A DNA stretch of 63,110 nt, filler included, from Octopus bimaculoides (GCF_001194135.2; 7 parts of 7 records of this genome joined end to end with filler, not necessarily neighbours in it), one strand, 5' to 3'. Shown: positions 36,856 to 52,160, counted from the whole stretch's first letter. Numbers and translations are program-made. Notes: a model not told the origin generated them from the letters alone.

Positions 36856-37119
36856 TGTATATGTATATATATGTGTGTCTGTTTCTCTGTGTGTGTGTGC
36901 GTGCGTGCGTGCGTGTGTGTGTGCGTGAGTATGTGTGAAAGTGTGTATGTGTAGCATGCCTATACTGTCGATATGATTCTAGTCTAATGGTTTCCGTGAT
37001 AAGGGAAGAAATTGACGTACTAAATATATATAAAAAAAAAATTAAGTTGTGAGAGGATGCATGGGCGGGGAAAAGGAAGTGAAGAGATGTTACCGGAAAC
37101 TCTGAAAGGGGAACGAAAT

Positions 37120-37154
<35 letters not shown>

Positions 37155-37185
37155 AAGAGAGAGAGGGAGAAAGAGAGAGAGAGAA

Positions 37186-37232
<47 letters not shown>

Positions 37233-37421
37233 AAGAGTGAGAGATGCATGCGAAAACAACTAGAAATTTAGTTATGTATGTATGTATGTATGTATGTATG
37301 TGTGTGTGTATAGAGAGAGAGAAAGAGAGGAAGGCAGACAGATAGACAGACAGACAGACAGAAAGATAGATAGATAAATAGGTAATCAAATAGAGATAGA
37401 TAGACAAACAGACAGACAGAA

Positions 37422-37536
<115 letters not shown>

Positions 37537-37541
37537 TATAC

Positions 37542-37583
<42 letters not shown>

Positions 37584-37869
37584 GCAGGCAGACAGACAGA
37601 CCGGTAGACAGACAGACAGAGATTGAATTCGGAAGGGAAAAGAGGCCCCATTTTAAATAAAATAAAATAGAATAAAATGGCTCGGGATGGGATGTAGAGA
37701 AAAAAGAAGGGAGTAAGAGAGAAGAAAAGGGAAATAATGCGAAGTAACAATCTCACCTCCCACTCCTTTTATCATTCCATTCTTCCCACAATTCCGTGCA
37801 TTGGGAGAAACCTCGGTGGTGCTCACATTGACTGTGAGATCGATGCTGTGTTTACAGCGAGCGGAGGCC

Positions 37870-38015
37870 ATGGCTGACGGACTACCGTACCCCGCTCCAC
37901 CTCCGCCCACAGACCCACGTCTGCCACTCAGTCCTCTACAGGTGTTTAAACTAAAGAAATCATGGAAAGGTATCAAGAGATCCATAGAGTTAACCGGAGT
38001 CGAAATGTTTGTCAG
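37870..38015 (+). CDS. Neuroglobin/globin-X-like globin, first coding exon (pre-A segment, A and B helices); 3'-partial
   Basis: Reads MADGLPYPAPPPPTDPRLPLSPLQVFKLKKSWKGIKRSIELTGVEMFV(R): A-helix W, B6 G, B10 F. The donor AG|GTAAGC is in phase 2 at B12, the conserved globin intron. GCCATGG is a good Kozak context; an acceptor TTTACAG at 37857 or the ATG at 37843 may extend the N-terminus. Confidence 0.85.
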
Positions 38016-38583
38016 GTAAGCAACGAAAAAGATGAAACAGAAAAAGAAAAAAAAAAATCACTCACCGTCACATTTCGAAACACACCTGTAATCATTCGTA
38101 CAATCACATCCCCCTCCAAACATGTTTACAAAATCACTATTTTTCTCTCTTCAACTCTCTTCTGTTCTCTCTCTCTGTCACACACACACACGCACACACA
38201 CACTATCTATCTGTCTATTTATATATCTATTTCTCCGTCTATCTATCTATCTATCTGTCTGTCTGTCTATTTATCTCCCTGTTTATCTATCAACCTCTCT
38301 CAAGCATACATACATCATATATATATATATATATANNNNNNNNNNNNNNNNNNNNNNNNNNNNNNNNNNNNNNNNNNNNNNNNNNNNNNNNNNNNNNNNN
38401 NNNNNNNNNNNNNNNNNNNNNNNNNNNNNNNNNNNNNNNNNNNNNNNNNNNNNNNNNNNNNNNNNNNNNNNNNNNNNNNNNNNNNNNNNNNNNNNNNNNN
38501 NNNNNNNNNNNNNNNNNNNNNNNNNNNNNNNNNNNNNNNNNNNNNNNNNNNNNNNNNNNNNNNNNNNNNNNNNNNNNNNNNNN

Positions 38584-38618
<35 letters not shown>

Positions 38619-39222
38619 TGAAGGAGACACGCACGCCTCTAGACATACAGGCACAAACATATTAGACACATATCAACAACATTAGCTGTTGATATTACTG
38701 TCAATGTTGTCTCTACCTACATCGTTTTGCTCACTCGCGCTGATAGATGCGCTGCTGTAATAACGTTGTTAAGTTTGACTCGTTCCAGCTTAATAACATT
38801 CAATGCAGCCAACATCTTCATAACTATAAACCATATATCTACCTCCGTTCACTCCGTCCCCGCCTTTAGCTCATATATATATGTGTCTGTGTGTGTATAT
38901 ATATATTATATACACTCACGCACACCCTTTTCCTGCGCTTTTTCTATTCCTGGTTTGATCTGTTTCCCTGTTATATGTATCTGCTGTCAGCCTCCGTTTT
39001 TCTTCTCTGTAACATTATTATCATATTTCTCTCCATTCATCTCATGCTTTACCAGTGAGACTGTCATATTTCGTCCACCTGACCAATCTGCCTACGTGTG
39101 TCATTATTTCGATCACTCGTTCACCTTCACGCGCACGCGCGCACACACTCAGACACAAATACACACACGGACGCACACACATACACTCAGTCACTGCCTT
39201 AGTTTCTCTCTCTCTCTCTCTC

Positions 39223-39305
<83 letters not shown>

Positions 39306-40232
39306 ATATACATTTATATACACCGATTATCGAAGCAACTTCAAAGTCAATATCGGGTCTTCCTTGTAAAAATAAATATCTATCAATATAGCTATCTTTC
39401 TACCTCTCTCTCTCTCCCTCTATCTCTTTCTCTCTCTCTCTCGCTCTGTCTATCTATTTATCTCTGTTTCTCTATCTCATTATCTACCTGTCTGTCAGTT
39501 TGTTTATCTTTCTTATACACACGCACACACATCATTTGGATGTACATGAGTTTATATGCATGTATGTATAAACTGATGTGTGTATACGTTCATGTATTCG
39601 ATACCCGTAAATACTATTTACCTCTATATTTTCGCATCATTTTGTAATAGAAATGCGTATGTGTACGCATGGCAACACGAACGTTGTCTGTGCCTTGTTC
39701 GTGTGTGTATGATGCTATATGTGTCTGCTAATTTGTTCGTATGCACGTGTTTTCTTTGCAAGTGTATGTTTGGATGTGTGTGTATGTCCGCTTCTTAGAG
39801 TGTGTCTGAGTGTGTCTTCTTGCCTGTGTTTATGTCTGTTCATATCAGTGTGTGCTTCTCTACATGTAATTATCTTCCCCTCAATTTAGGGTTTATGCTT
39901 AAATATGTGTGTATGCCTCCTTATTTTCTTAAATGTATATTTATTTGTGAGTAATTCCGTGTTTCCATTTGCGAGTATGTGTCTCTTTATTAGTGGGTGT
40001 AGGTCAGTAAGTGTGCATTTTTGCGTTTGAAAGTGTGTATACATACAGATCAATGTGTATACATCAGCGTCACACAACATGATCTGTCCATAGCGACGCG
40101 TGTCCTCATGTGCGTGTATGTTGGTTTAAAGATGCCTACCTACCAAGTAATTAAGCGCTTATCTCTATTTCCTATTTCTTCACAGTATCTCTTTCTAATT
40201 CTGACTTCTTTTCTCTCTTCTTTATCTATCTA

Positions 40233-40307
<75 letters not shown>

Positions 40308-42074
40308 ACATATATATATATATATATTCATATATATACATCAAACAACCTATCTATCTATCCATCTATCTATCGATCTATCTATACATCTATCTATCGA
40401 TCTATCTATCTGTCTGTCTGTCTATCTATTTATCTATCGATCTGTATACGTATGCATATATGTATCTATCAATGTACCTATCTACCTATCTTTATATCTA
40501 TCTCCTTGTGTCTGTTTAACTGTCTATCTGTGTGTGCATGTATATATATATGTGTGTATGCATGTATGTATGTATGTATGTATGTATGACATCATTAGCA
40601 GCAAAACTAAAATTCCACAATTCTAAGTGCGTTGTTGCTGCTGTTGTTATTGTTGTTGTGGTGGTGGCTGTTACAACCTCCTCCCCCTCAGGTCAGCCGT
40701 GATCAATACAGTTCTCTGATCAAATGTGTTCCAGCCTCAATCAAATCTACATTTTCTTATTGTCGGCTTTTTATTATTTTTGTTTTTTTAATTCTGTTCA
40801 GGCATAATATATCAATGACTACATTAAGTGATGCGTCCGTTCTCCTTGATTACCAGATGATAGCGTATGATTTTAAGGAGTGTTGAAGCTGTTTCTACTA
40901 GTAACCACAGAAAGCCCTCTATTCGCATGAATAACAACAATTAAGTGTAAACAGTAGAGAACCAGACTAAATAATGTCTTAATGTATTTAGGTTTATTTA
41001 GGTCCATCCCTTCTACGCCCCTAGAGTCCACGTAGAGCCACTATAATATTGCATTTCTGCGGTAGCGTTACTACATGTACCGAGGTATGTATTGGAGTCA
41101 GTGATAACAACATCAGGGGTGCGGTTCAGTTAGCCAATGTGTCTCGAGCCAATGAAAGAATGAATTTTATCATTGGAGAATTAAGATTGAATAGAAACGG
41201 GAAATATCAAATTAATTTCTGTGTGAGTATGTTTACTAAGCTCTGAGTTCAAATTCTAACAGAAACGACTTGGAGATTTTTTCTGCCCTTTTAACACTTT
41301 TCTCTCAAAATTTGATATAAAAAGCAGAATTGGTATATACTGTTCACTCTTCTCTATTTCAGTTACTTTTATGCTTAATTAATAAAGGAAAACCTCGACC
41401 TAACGATAAGTGTCTAGATGATCACCCAATCTGCTGAAATAGCAGTTAAATTTACTTCACAAAATGAAAAGGCACGGCGTGGAAAATGTACTCCTAGAAA
41501 GACGGTTTGAAACGGTTGATGTGTTCGTCACGGCTGGAACATAAATTTATTTCATCAGGGCTCACAAGGGGATATAGAAAAGCGATAATTAAAGTTATTA
41601 ATTAAAAACGGCTAATCAATTAAGAATTCTTAATTTTGACTTGGAACTATTGCTCGAATATGTAAAGGACAGATACGAGATTTGGCAATAACAGTACAAT
41701 TTCCTCTTGGAAGGGTACAGATCTAAATATACCGAAATATATAAAAAAAACACGAATCGGAGACAGGCGACTGGCGGAATATGCCGAAAATGTATACTTA
41801 ACGACACTTATAAATATAGATTTTATCTTTAGGTAGAAGACCATCTGTTGATATATAAATAACTGTAATATAATTGGACTGCATTTACCGCTATTGTTAA
41901 ACCTGACTGTAAATAAATGTAAAACAATATCTTTTCTGTAGAGATTTCAGTTGAGGAGAACTGAATTATGGTAATAATTTCTATGATAGTTCTAGTTTAG
42001 CATTTGACCATTTCGGGCCTTTCGATGTTTTAAAGCAATATTGATTCTTATGTTTGGCAAAAGTCCGCGAATTA

Positions 42075-42225
42075 TATTCTTTTCTACTCTAGACACAAGG
42101 CCCGAAATTTTTGGGGGAGGGGGCCAGTCGATTAGATCGACCCCAGTACGTAACTGGTACCTAATTTAGTCAACCTCGGCGGAATTTGAACTTAGAACGT
42201 AAAGACAGACATAATACCGCGAGTT
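42075..42225 (-). mobile_element. SINE family A
   Basis: Reads AGTCGATTAGATCGACCCCAGTACGTAACTGGTACC...CTCGGCGGAATTTGAACTTAGAACG on the plus strand. Confidence 0.8.
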
Positions 42226-42408
42226 ATATTGCAAGTGAATAGCTGACCAAAGTGAGTGATATGTGAGTTAGAGTTACATGTTTCGACTCCCGAAGAACGA
42301 AGAACCGAAGAACATCATAAAATAGCTTAAACACCCGAATACATCTTTTCGGGGATTCAACAAGTTATAATACTATAATACCTTCGTTAACTTAATAATA
42401 TTACATGT

Positions 42409-42738
42409 CGGGGGTTCCAGTTGATCCGATCAACGGAACAGCCAGCTCGTGAAATTAACGTGCAAGTGGCTGAGCACTCCACAGACACGTGTACCCTTAA
42501 CGTAGTTCTCGGGGAAGTTCAGCATGACACAGATTGTGACAAGGCTGGCTCCTTTGAAATACAGGGACAACAGAAAAAGGAAGAAAGAGTAAGAGAAAGT
42601 TGTGGTGAAAGAGTATAGCAAGGTTCGCCACCACCCCCTGCCGGAGCCTCGTGGAGCTTTAGGTGTTTTCGCTCAATAAACACTCACAACACTCTCTGGG
42701 AATCGAAACCGCGAGTCCACTAGGCCATTGCGCCTCCA
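42409..42738 (-). mobile_element. SINE family B with probable TSD
   Basis: Flanked by AATATTACATGT and AATGTTACATGT. Confidence 0.85.
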
Positions 42739-43734
42739 ATGTTACATGTATACTACAAGTATTAACCGATAATATTACAAGTTTTAGCCGATAATATTAC
42801 AGGTATAAGCTATGTAAAAAAAAAACGCTTACAGCAGGAAAAAAGTTTGGAAGGAGCGACGTTTATGTTGCTTTCTTTGGAAATAAACAATGCAAATGAA
42901 AATTAGGGGGTTCAAGTGGGACTCGAAACCGTAACGAATTTAAAAACACAAATCACATTTTGTGAACGTCTTCTTTACTGTCGCTCATTCATCACGAAAT
43001 AACTAACCACAGGCCATATTTGCTAATTACTCTCATTGTTTGTATTCACGTTTTTATATTGTGAATATATACATGGACGTGCATGGCTCTGTTGGCTGTA
43101 TTAATTCTTCCGCCACACAATTCATCTCTTTATCTTTCTCGCTTTCTCTCTCTCTCTCTCCACATTTACTTCAATTTCTTGTTATTGATGTCTCTAACAC
43201 TGACTTTTCCTCTTTTTGCATCGTCTTGCATTGGTGATGAACGCACAGCAACGTGACACACGCCTTTCCTCTTCTTCTTCTCCTCCTCCTCCTCCTCCTT
43301 CTTCTGCAATATTGTTATTAATTTATTTTTGTCGTTAATTTTTAAAATATAATTTACACGTTGATGCGTTTCACATGTTATTTGCGTGTTTGGAGAAATA
43401 AAACCTAAAGACAAAATAAAATAGAAAAGGGTAGAGGTTCAACTTCAACACTGGAACCACGAAAATGGATGTTTACAAGGTGAAAGATAGAAGAAATGAG
43501 AGATTATGTGATAGGGTCGGAATGAATGGGAGCAAGCGAAGACACGGGACTTGTTTCTGCTGCCCGTTACAATAAATAACGCGCATTAGTTTGTAAAAAG
43601 AAGCTTAAATTCCTTTCTGTCTCTTGTTGTTGCTTTTGTTTGTAAAATTTTTATAAATATGCATTCCACTAAAAAAGTATTGAGCAATCGTTCGGTTTAT
43701 TGTCAAATTGTTTTTAAGCATAAATTGAAATAAA

Positions 43735-43776
<42 letters not shown>

Positions 43777-44114
43777 AGGTTATGAGCGATAGTGGTGTCA
43801 ATCAGACCCAGAGGTTTCAGGTAATGCTGAGTAAGTGCTATGGATAGACCACAGTTGAGCTCCAGGTTCAGTGATTATGCGAATAAGGGGTCCAACGTAG
43901 ATTATATATCAGCGTGTGAATATAAGGATTTACTTTTCGTAATGAGATAAAAAAAAAACAAAGCTGTGTATAATATAGAACATTTATAAATAAAAGGTAA
44001 GACCTTTTATTTATAAGTGTTCTATATTATACAGGGCCTTGGTTTTTTATCTCATTACGAAAAGTAAATCTTTATATATATATGTATGTATGTATGTATA
44101 TGTGTGTTTTATTT

Positions 44115-44210
44115 CTTTACTACCCACAAGGGGCTACACACAGAGGGGACAAACAAGGACAGACAAACGGATTAAGTCGATTATACCGACCCCAGTGCGT
44201 AACTGGTGTG
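44115..44210 (-). mobile_element. SINE family A, 3' part
   Basis: Reverse complement of the block at 26-135. Confidence 0.8.
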
Positions 44211-45994
44211 TGTATATATGTATGTTTGTGTGTGAGCGTGTGTGTATGCATGAATATCTGAATATCTTTCTATCAATATATGTGGATGCACGTGCACGTG
44301 TGTGTGTAAGAACAACATCTAAGGTAAGGCTGCTGTTAAAATTTTCAAGCTGTTTAGAGAAATGAAATTGCACCTAGACCAGAATGAAAAGCTGCTCAGC
44401 ACCAGCTCGACTTATTGAGTCGCGCTCCTTGTGCCACATAACGGCAGAAATAGATGCTTGGTTGTTTTCTCCCCATTGTCATCGGGCCATCCCCTTACAG
44501 ACGTGGATTTTAGCAAAAGTATTGACCCAAAAATCAGTCTTGGATAGTAAGTAGAAAAGCAAATGAAAACGTCGAATTGAAGTCGATAAGATTTTGGAGT
44601 TTTATCAATATTACGTACGCAGTTTATTTATATAAATCATAACGCATCAACGAAACAAGACTGTATTTGAGGAGGAACCTGCATAAATACAGCTAATCAT
44701 GTACTTCGATTAGAGTTCCAGTCCATCACTCTTTTTAGTAAAAGTACAACTCATAGATATCAGGAGAGAAGCTACCCAACCGAATCCGCTTTTAGTACTT
44801 ACCTAGAACGTCTTTTGCAAACATTGCAACGATGAAGGGCAAAGATAACACAAGCTAGGTAAGAAGAAAAGAAAAAAAATGCTGAAGGGTGATAACTAAA
44901 CAGTATAAGAGACAGGGATTTGCTAAACGTTGGCAATGCCATTTGGAACTGAATTAAGTATTAATGAAACCATGTTGACAGTTTTATCATAATACGTTAT
45001 TTGATAATCTTGGTATTTCGACCGAACATGTTCCTATTCATAGGCGACCAAAGCAGTAGATACGAATAATGAAACCAGAGAAACTATAACATCTCTCCCG
45101 TTTTATTCTATGCTACAAAGTTTTGGGATTCAATATTATTACGCAACAGTTCTTAGGCAAGATTTTTTCAATATAGACTTCAGTTGATCAATAATTGTGA
45201 ATGCTTTGGTTCACGGATACAGTGAAAAAGATTATCGCATACAAACACAAACGATACCATATCTTGATTGAGTGAGAATTCATTTCTCTGTTGATATCGG
45301 CGCAGGTAAGAGGCAACCGAATTGTCAGGTTAAGGTTTCTAATTTGGAAGACCGAACTTAGGATGCTGCTTTGGTATATAGAGCACGCTTGATTTCCGTT
45401 AGCAACATTTTTACCACTACACTTACGACAGTGTGTGTGTGTGTGTGTGTGTATGCTTGTGTGTGTGTGTGAATTAGTGCGTGAACGAGTGTAGGTGTGT
45501 GAGTGTATGTGCGCCTATATCCTTTGATGAACGTCTGTGAGGGTGTCCATCTTCATATTCACATCTCTAAAATCCCGTATTGTTCTGCTGGCGTTGATAA
45601 CTCCTTACGTTCCATATCTTAGCTGAGAAATGAAGGTCGAAAAAATAAGTACCAGACCAAAATGAAAACTGGCATTGGTATAATCGACTAAATTATTTAA
45701 GATCAATGAAGAACTCCGCTTAAAAACATCTCCATATGTGTCTGTGAGTCTGCCCTTATGTATGTTTATGCGTGGTTTATGTACTCATGCATATCTTTCA
45801 TTCGAACAGCTGCTGAATACGCAAGCTTCACAATATATCGAATATATAATCAATAGACCTCAAGACTGATCACAAGGTAGACTTACACTAGTGAGGGTAA
45901 TATTAATAAAACAATCAATATATATATATAGATATGCATATATACATGTGTATGGGTGAGTGAGTGTGAAATATATGTTTGCATCTGTATGTGT

Positions 45995-46043
<49 letters not shown>

Positions 46044-46180
46044 TTATACAAACATACATACAAACCCCACACAAACATACACACATACACAAGCACAAGC
46101 TTATATATATATAAATATATACGAGATGTATATATATGTATATATATGTATACATATATGTATATATGTATATATATGTG

Positions 46181-46230
<50 letters not shown>

Positions 46231-49215
46231 TGCTGGTGTGTAATTTATCATTTAATTTATTCCCTTTAACATAACTGAAATGACGTTGTAAGAATGTAGA
46301 TTCAAAACTTAGTCGCAGTCATGGTTCTATTAGAGCTTGAAATTGCTCGCTAGGCCGTTGTCCAATTCATAGAACTGGATGTATTCTGTAAACAGAATAT
46401 TGTTACAACAGATTCCGGTTGTTGATGAGTAATTAATGCATGTCTCAATAACTCCGACTTTTCCCACATCTTAAAGAGATCGTTATCTGCTTCACTGAAT
46501 TGCTTCCAAGTCACTACATAAAGATGAAAGGTTTTGTTGGGGATCAAAAGACCTTTAAGTGTTTAGAGTGCGCTGTAATGGTTATTCTATAAAGACTTTG
46601 CCTTCATGCATGCAAGCAAGTGTAAGTTGCCTTCCGGGATCCATCTCTCTCCGATATAAACCACCTGAAATTTCAAATGAATGAAGTGAACCAGTATCAG
46701 CTAATATAGAAATTATGTAAATATGTGTGTGAAGGGGTGTGGGGGGGGNNNNNNNNNNNNNNNNNNNNNNNNNNNNNNNNNNNNNNNNNNNNNNNNNNNN
46801 NNNNNNNNNNNNNNNNNNNNNNNNNNNNNNNNNNNNNNNNNNNNNNNNNNNNNNNNNNNNNNNNNNNNNNNNNNNNNNNNNNNNNNNNNNNNNNNNNNNN
46901 NNNNNNNNNNNNNNNNNNNNNNNNNNNNNNNNNNNNNNNNNNNNNNNNNNNNNNNNNNNNNNNNNNNNNNNNNNTATATATATATATATGCATGTATATA
47001 TATGTGTGTGTGCATTCATACACGCGTACATACATAAACACATAGTTATAACTCCTCTACATATAGGGAGATAGAGATATAGATATGTATATATGCATAT
47101 ACACATACACACATACGTATGTACGTACGTACATACATGCATACATATATATATACATACACACACACGCGCGCATACATGCATACATACATACATATAT
47201 GCATTTGATTTTCGTAAGCATAGTGCAATAATGTGTTCCTCGGATGATCCGTTGAAGTCCAGCATCCGAGTGCATTATGAACATCCACTGCAAATTATAG
47301 AAATGTTACAGTGGTGAAACGTACGTAGGGAACAAATGTTATAAACTTCATCTTGGTGTTTATGATATCTTCCCGACATCTGCTTTGTTTGTCATTACGA
47401 ACAATACTACTAAGTGCAGCAGTAATGATATAACTCTACCGGAAGCAGTTTGGACGATAAAACTCTACGACAAACTCTGTATTTACCAGTAGCAGTTATA
47501 TAGCTAACTGTACACACATGAAATATTATGCGTGTATGCGTGAGCGCCTTATGTATGTTACGTATGTATGTATGTGTGTATGTATGTATGTATGCATGTT
47601 CGAGTACATTACCGTTCGTGAGGGCAGGAACAGACATTTCTCCTCTCCTGTAACAATTCTGGTATTGTTTGTATTTTAATATTTTCAGTTGCACAGAACG
47701 GATTATTGTTCGCATGGGTTGTTTCACTCTCCACCAATAAACCATATCGTTGTGGGCGTTACTCTTCCTCTTCTCCGCCTGTATTTCATTTCAATTCTCA
47801 GTGTATGTCGTATAAATAAACTGATGAAAACCTCCTGTGTATATCGAAAATTACCTTTGTCGGGTTTCGAAACGGCAAAACTAATTACCTTTAAACAATA
47901 ATGATCTCGTGCGTTCGTTAATATATTTATTTCGGCATCGCTTAGGGTGGTGTGGATTTTCACAAAATCACAAAGTTTCCAGGAGAAAACTTTGGGAAAT
48001 GAATATCCTAGTATTCAGTTAGTCTTTCTTCTTGGCAAGTTCTATAAAATAATCGATTCCTCTCTCCCTTTCTCTTACCCCCCTCTCTCTTTCTCTCTTT
48101 CTCTCTCTTTCTCTCTCTCCATCCGCCTTTCTCCTTCTCTTTCTTCATCTCTCTCCCTTCATCCTCTCTCTGTCTCCTTCCATTCCCCCTCTCTCCATCC
48201 CATTTCTCTCTCAGGATCGGCTTCACTCTCTAACCGTTTTCTCAGAATTTCAATCAGTTTGTCTCGTCTCCATTGCAACGACGGAATGTAACCAACGAGC
48301 TTCCGACAGTGTCTCATGCTCGGCGTTACTGGCAACTAAACATCGAAGGCCTTAATATAATGGCTACTTTTGAGAAACTTTTCAGTTATTTCGTTAACAC
48401 CCTTGGAAACATAATAAATATCACACCTTGCTATGATATCCGTTTAACTCTTCGATTACGATTCGGAAACATATTTGTTTACCAGCAAGAAAATCATTTA
48501 CATATTAAGTACAACCATAATACAGACTAAATTCTAGTTAGACGAGTCTGCAAGGTCTTAATGTTATGCATGACAATTATTTTTACATCTCATGTAGGCC
48601 GACAAAACTTCTAAATGTCTCCCAGGCAAAATTACTGTTGTCGATGAATCTCTACCTCAGTGTTCACTTACATTCAACACATTCTCTTTTAATATCAATA
48701 TATTAATTATCATCGTTATTACTGTTATTGTTTATATTCATATTCATTACCTTGTTTATTGTGAATAGGTGTTGTCAAGGAAAGTTATTGTCGTCAATAG
48801 ATGTCACCATTAACATTATTATTGCTATTGTTGTTGTTGCTGTTGTTGTTGTTGTTGTTATTGTTATTGTTGCTGTTGGATGATTTCATTAATGAAGAGA
48901 AGAGCTTACAGCTAGTGGCACCAATAGCAGCGAAGTTGGCTGTTTTGTGAGAAACGAGTTGATCGAATTGTTTTCTCGAATGCATTATGTTTAGACGTGT
49001 CTTGAGTGTTTCTGATCCATTGTTAGAAATACATATACACATTCAAGCACACACATGCATATACACACACACATACACATACACACACACAGGCATGCAC
49101 ACACGAATACATACACATACACACATAGAAGGAGAGATACAGAGAGGAAGGCGAAAAAATGGTTGTATGTATACATCTGACTTTATTGTGTATGCATATA
49201 CATACATATATATAT

Positions 49216-49263
<48 letters not shown>

Positions 49264-50370
49264 TGTGTGCGTGTGTGTGTTGTGTCTGAACATAAGTACA
49301 TTGTGAGATCTATTTGTGCGTGGTTATAGATTTCCGTGCGAACATATTAAAGTGATCGATACGCACTTGCAATGTGATGTATGGTATCTGGGATACGTGC
49401 GACTATATTTTCGTACATACAGCGTCGGGTCTATCTGCACTCTGCCATCGGACCAGTTCCCGAGCGAATATTCCACTAAGCAGATAACGGTCATTCTCAG
49501 AAGAGCTGAAATGAAAGTTGTTCTATTCTATCTTCCATCCGAAGAGGAACGTGATGACACCGTGTGGATATAACAGAATGGGTACTAAAATATCGATTTT
49601 TCCGCGTTCAAACAAGTCCGACCATTTGCAAGGAGGGAATGTATTCACTGAAATATCGATTTTATTGTTTTACTGACTCGGGTGTGATGGAAAGAGAAGT
49701 AGAGTTAGATCTGAAGTGAACTCATCATGTAAGCGGGTGAAACGAATGACGTAGCTAATAGAGGAGCAGGTGTGGGGTGGAGGCTGCTCTCCACGGGCAC
49801 TTTTTCGAAATTGGCGCTTTTTCAGCAATTGAGAAACGAGTTTAAAATGCTCGGTATGTGTCACGGTGCCTTTTTGTTATAACTTCGCTCCCATTAACTT
49901 TAGAACCTGATTACGCCTCTGGTTGTAACCACTCCTCTCTCTCCACGTGACCGTTGTTCCGCCAAGCATGCCATTTCTTTCTTGGTTGGACTCCATCCAT
50001 GCAACAGCTATATTCCTTCCCATGCCTGTCATCTCTTATGTTCCTGCCGTAAAGCTTCACTTCCACACACACCAGCTTAATTTAATTCATCCTTAGTCGA
50101 GAGGCACCTGTCGTTAAATCCTGTTATTTGAATTTGTGTACCATTTATCCATTTTTTTTCGTCCTTGTCTTCGTATACATTCGCTGCTTTCTTCCAAGGA
50201 ATCTAGTGCTCTTAGCTTAGTTTTTCCTTGGAGCGGGCCAGATTGGAGCAATCTCAAATATAATCAGCCGCAATTGTAATGATAGTCTGGAACTCGACTG
50301 AGGAAAGAAAACTCCGTCCTTGTTTTTTCTTGTTCCTTTTTTATATTCCTTTATATATATATATATATAT

Positions 50371-50470
50371 NNNNNNNNNNNNNNNNNNNNNNNNNNNNNN
50401 NNNNNNNNNNNNNNTTAATTAATTAANNNNNNNNNNNNNNNNNNNNNNNNNNNNNNNNNNNNNNNNNNNN
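50371..50470. other. Artificial scaffold linker
   Basis: 44 N + TTAATTAATTAA (50415-50426) + 44 N. Confidence 0.95.
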
Positions 50471-50474
50471 ATTC

Positions 50475-50845
50475 TTTTATTCTTTTATTCTTTTACCTGT
50501 TTCAGTCATTTGACTGCGGCCATGCTGGAGCACCGCCTTTAGTCGAACAAATCGACCCCAGGACTTATTCTTTGTAAGCATAGTACTTATTCTATCGGTC
50601 TTTTGCTGGTCCGCTAAGTTACGGGGACGTAAACACGCCAACATCGGTTGTCAAGCGATGGTGGGATGAAAAACTCACACACAAATACGCACACACACAA
50701 CAGGCTTCTTTCAGTTTCCTTCTACCAAATCCACTCACAAGGCATTGGTCGGCCCGAGGCTATAGTAGAAGACACTTGTCCAAGGTGCCACGCAGTGGGA
50801 CTGAACCCGGAACCATGTGGTTAGTAAGCAAGCTTCTTACATTAT
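50475..50845 (-). mobile_element. SINE family D, near full length
   Basis: The plus strand ends in GTGCCACGCAGTGGGACTGAACCCGGAACCATGTGG, the reverse complement of the B box and CORE-like region. Confidence 0.85.
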
Positions 50846-51917
50846 TGACCTCTATCTGTGTGTGTGGTTGCGTTCGTGTTCGTATGTGCGCTTGCATGTA
50901 TGTGTGCATATATGGACAGGGTGTATACACATACATCTGTCTATATATCTATATGTATATCTATATATATCGACATCTACACAAAAGATCTTCCGTCTCC
51001 TTTCCGTCTTCCTATTTGAGAATTCCATGTTTGCTTTCAGCGATGCTTTCATGTTTCTAGATGAATCTGTGCGGATGAGTGAAGCTGTGTCTGTCACTGC
51101 GCGCGCGCGTACGTGTGAGTGTGTGTGAGGGTATGAGTGCATCTATGTGTGTGACAGTTTATATCTGTGTGTGTTTATCTATTTTAATTGGCTGCTGGTA
51201 CATTCCCAGGTCAAACATTGTTGAGTACACAGAGCAGGTAGACGGCCGAAAATACAAAGACTGCCGCTTTGTCTTATGTATGTATGTATGTATGTATGTA
51301 TGTATGTATGTATGTATGTATGTATGAGTCTGTGAATGTGCCTGTGTATGTGTTTGCGTATGTTTCTTTGTATCCCTGTATATATTCGTATGCGTGTATG
51401 TATGAGTGTATGTACGTGTATGTATGTTTGTATGTATATGTGCATGTATATGTATGTGTGTGTATGTATTATGTATACCTATGTACGTGTATATGTCCAA
51501 GTAAACATTTGTCTCTGTCAATATTTGTACGCATTAGTTAATTTGTGTGTGAAAGTGTGTGTATGAGTGTGTGAGTGTGTGTGTGTGTGTGTGTAAATAT
51601 ATTACGATAAACATAATTGCTTATCTATGTGTGTATATTTATGCAAGAACACACATTTACACACACGTGTGTATATGCTTACGTGCATGTATATGCATGT
51701 ATGAATATATGTATACATGTGTGTGTATGTATATATGTGTGTGACTGTGTGTGTGCGTGTGCGTGTGTGTGTGATTGTGCGGTTAAGAAATTTGCTTTGC
51801 AACCACTTGGTTTTGGTTTCAGTCTCACCGCGCGACACTTTAGGCTCCGACCCAGCCAATGGGTTTTGAGTGAATTTTATTGAATAACAAGGCGAAAACT
51901 GTCTTGAATCTCGTCAT

Positions 51918-51948
<31 letters not shown>

Positions 51949-52112
51949 TACATACANNNNNNNNNNNNNNNNNNNNNNNNNNNNNNNNNNNNNNNNNNNN
52001 NNNNNNNNNNNNNNNNNNNNNNNNNNNNNNNNNNNNNNNNNNNNNNNNNNNNNNNNNNNNNNNNNNNNNNNNNNNNNNNNNNNNNNNNNNNNNNNNNNNN
52101 NNNNNNNNNNNN

Positions 52113-52160
<48 letters not shown>

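Noticed and set aside
42905-43020. A-box-like and B-box-like motifs on the minus strand, suggesting an intron-containing tRNA
   Set aside because: The T stem and acceptor stem do not pair convincingly; it is probably SINE debris.
47714-47740. ATGGGTTGT (MGC...) as the acylated globin start
   Set aside because: It lies downstream of the globin exon and stops after 8 codons, with no donor.
46350-49864. Short ORFs at 46350-46547, 47724-47963, 48273-48530 and 49670-49864 as globin exons or genes
   Set aside because: They lack globin CD1-Phe, E7 or F8-His patterns, compatible splice sites and recognisable homology.
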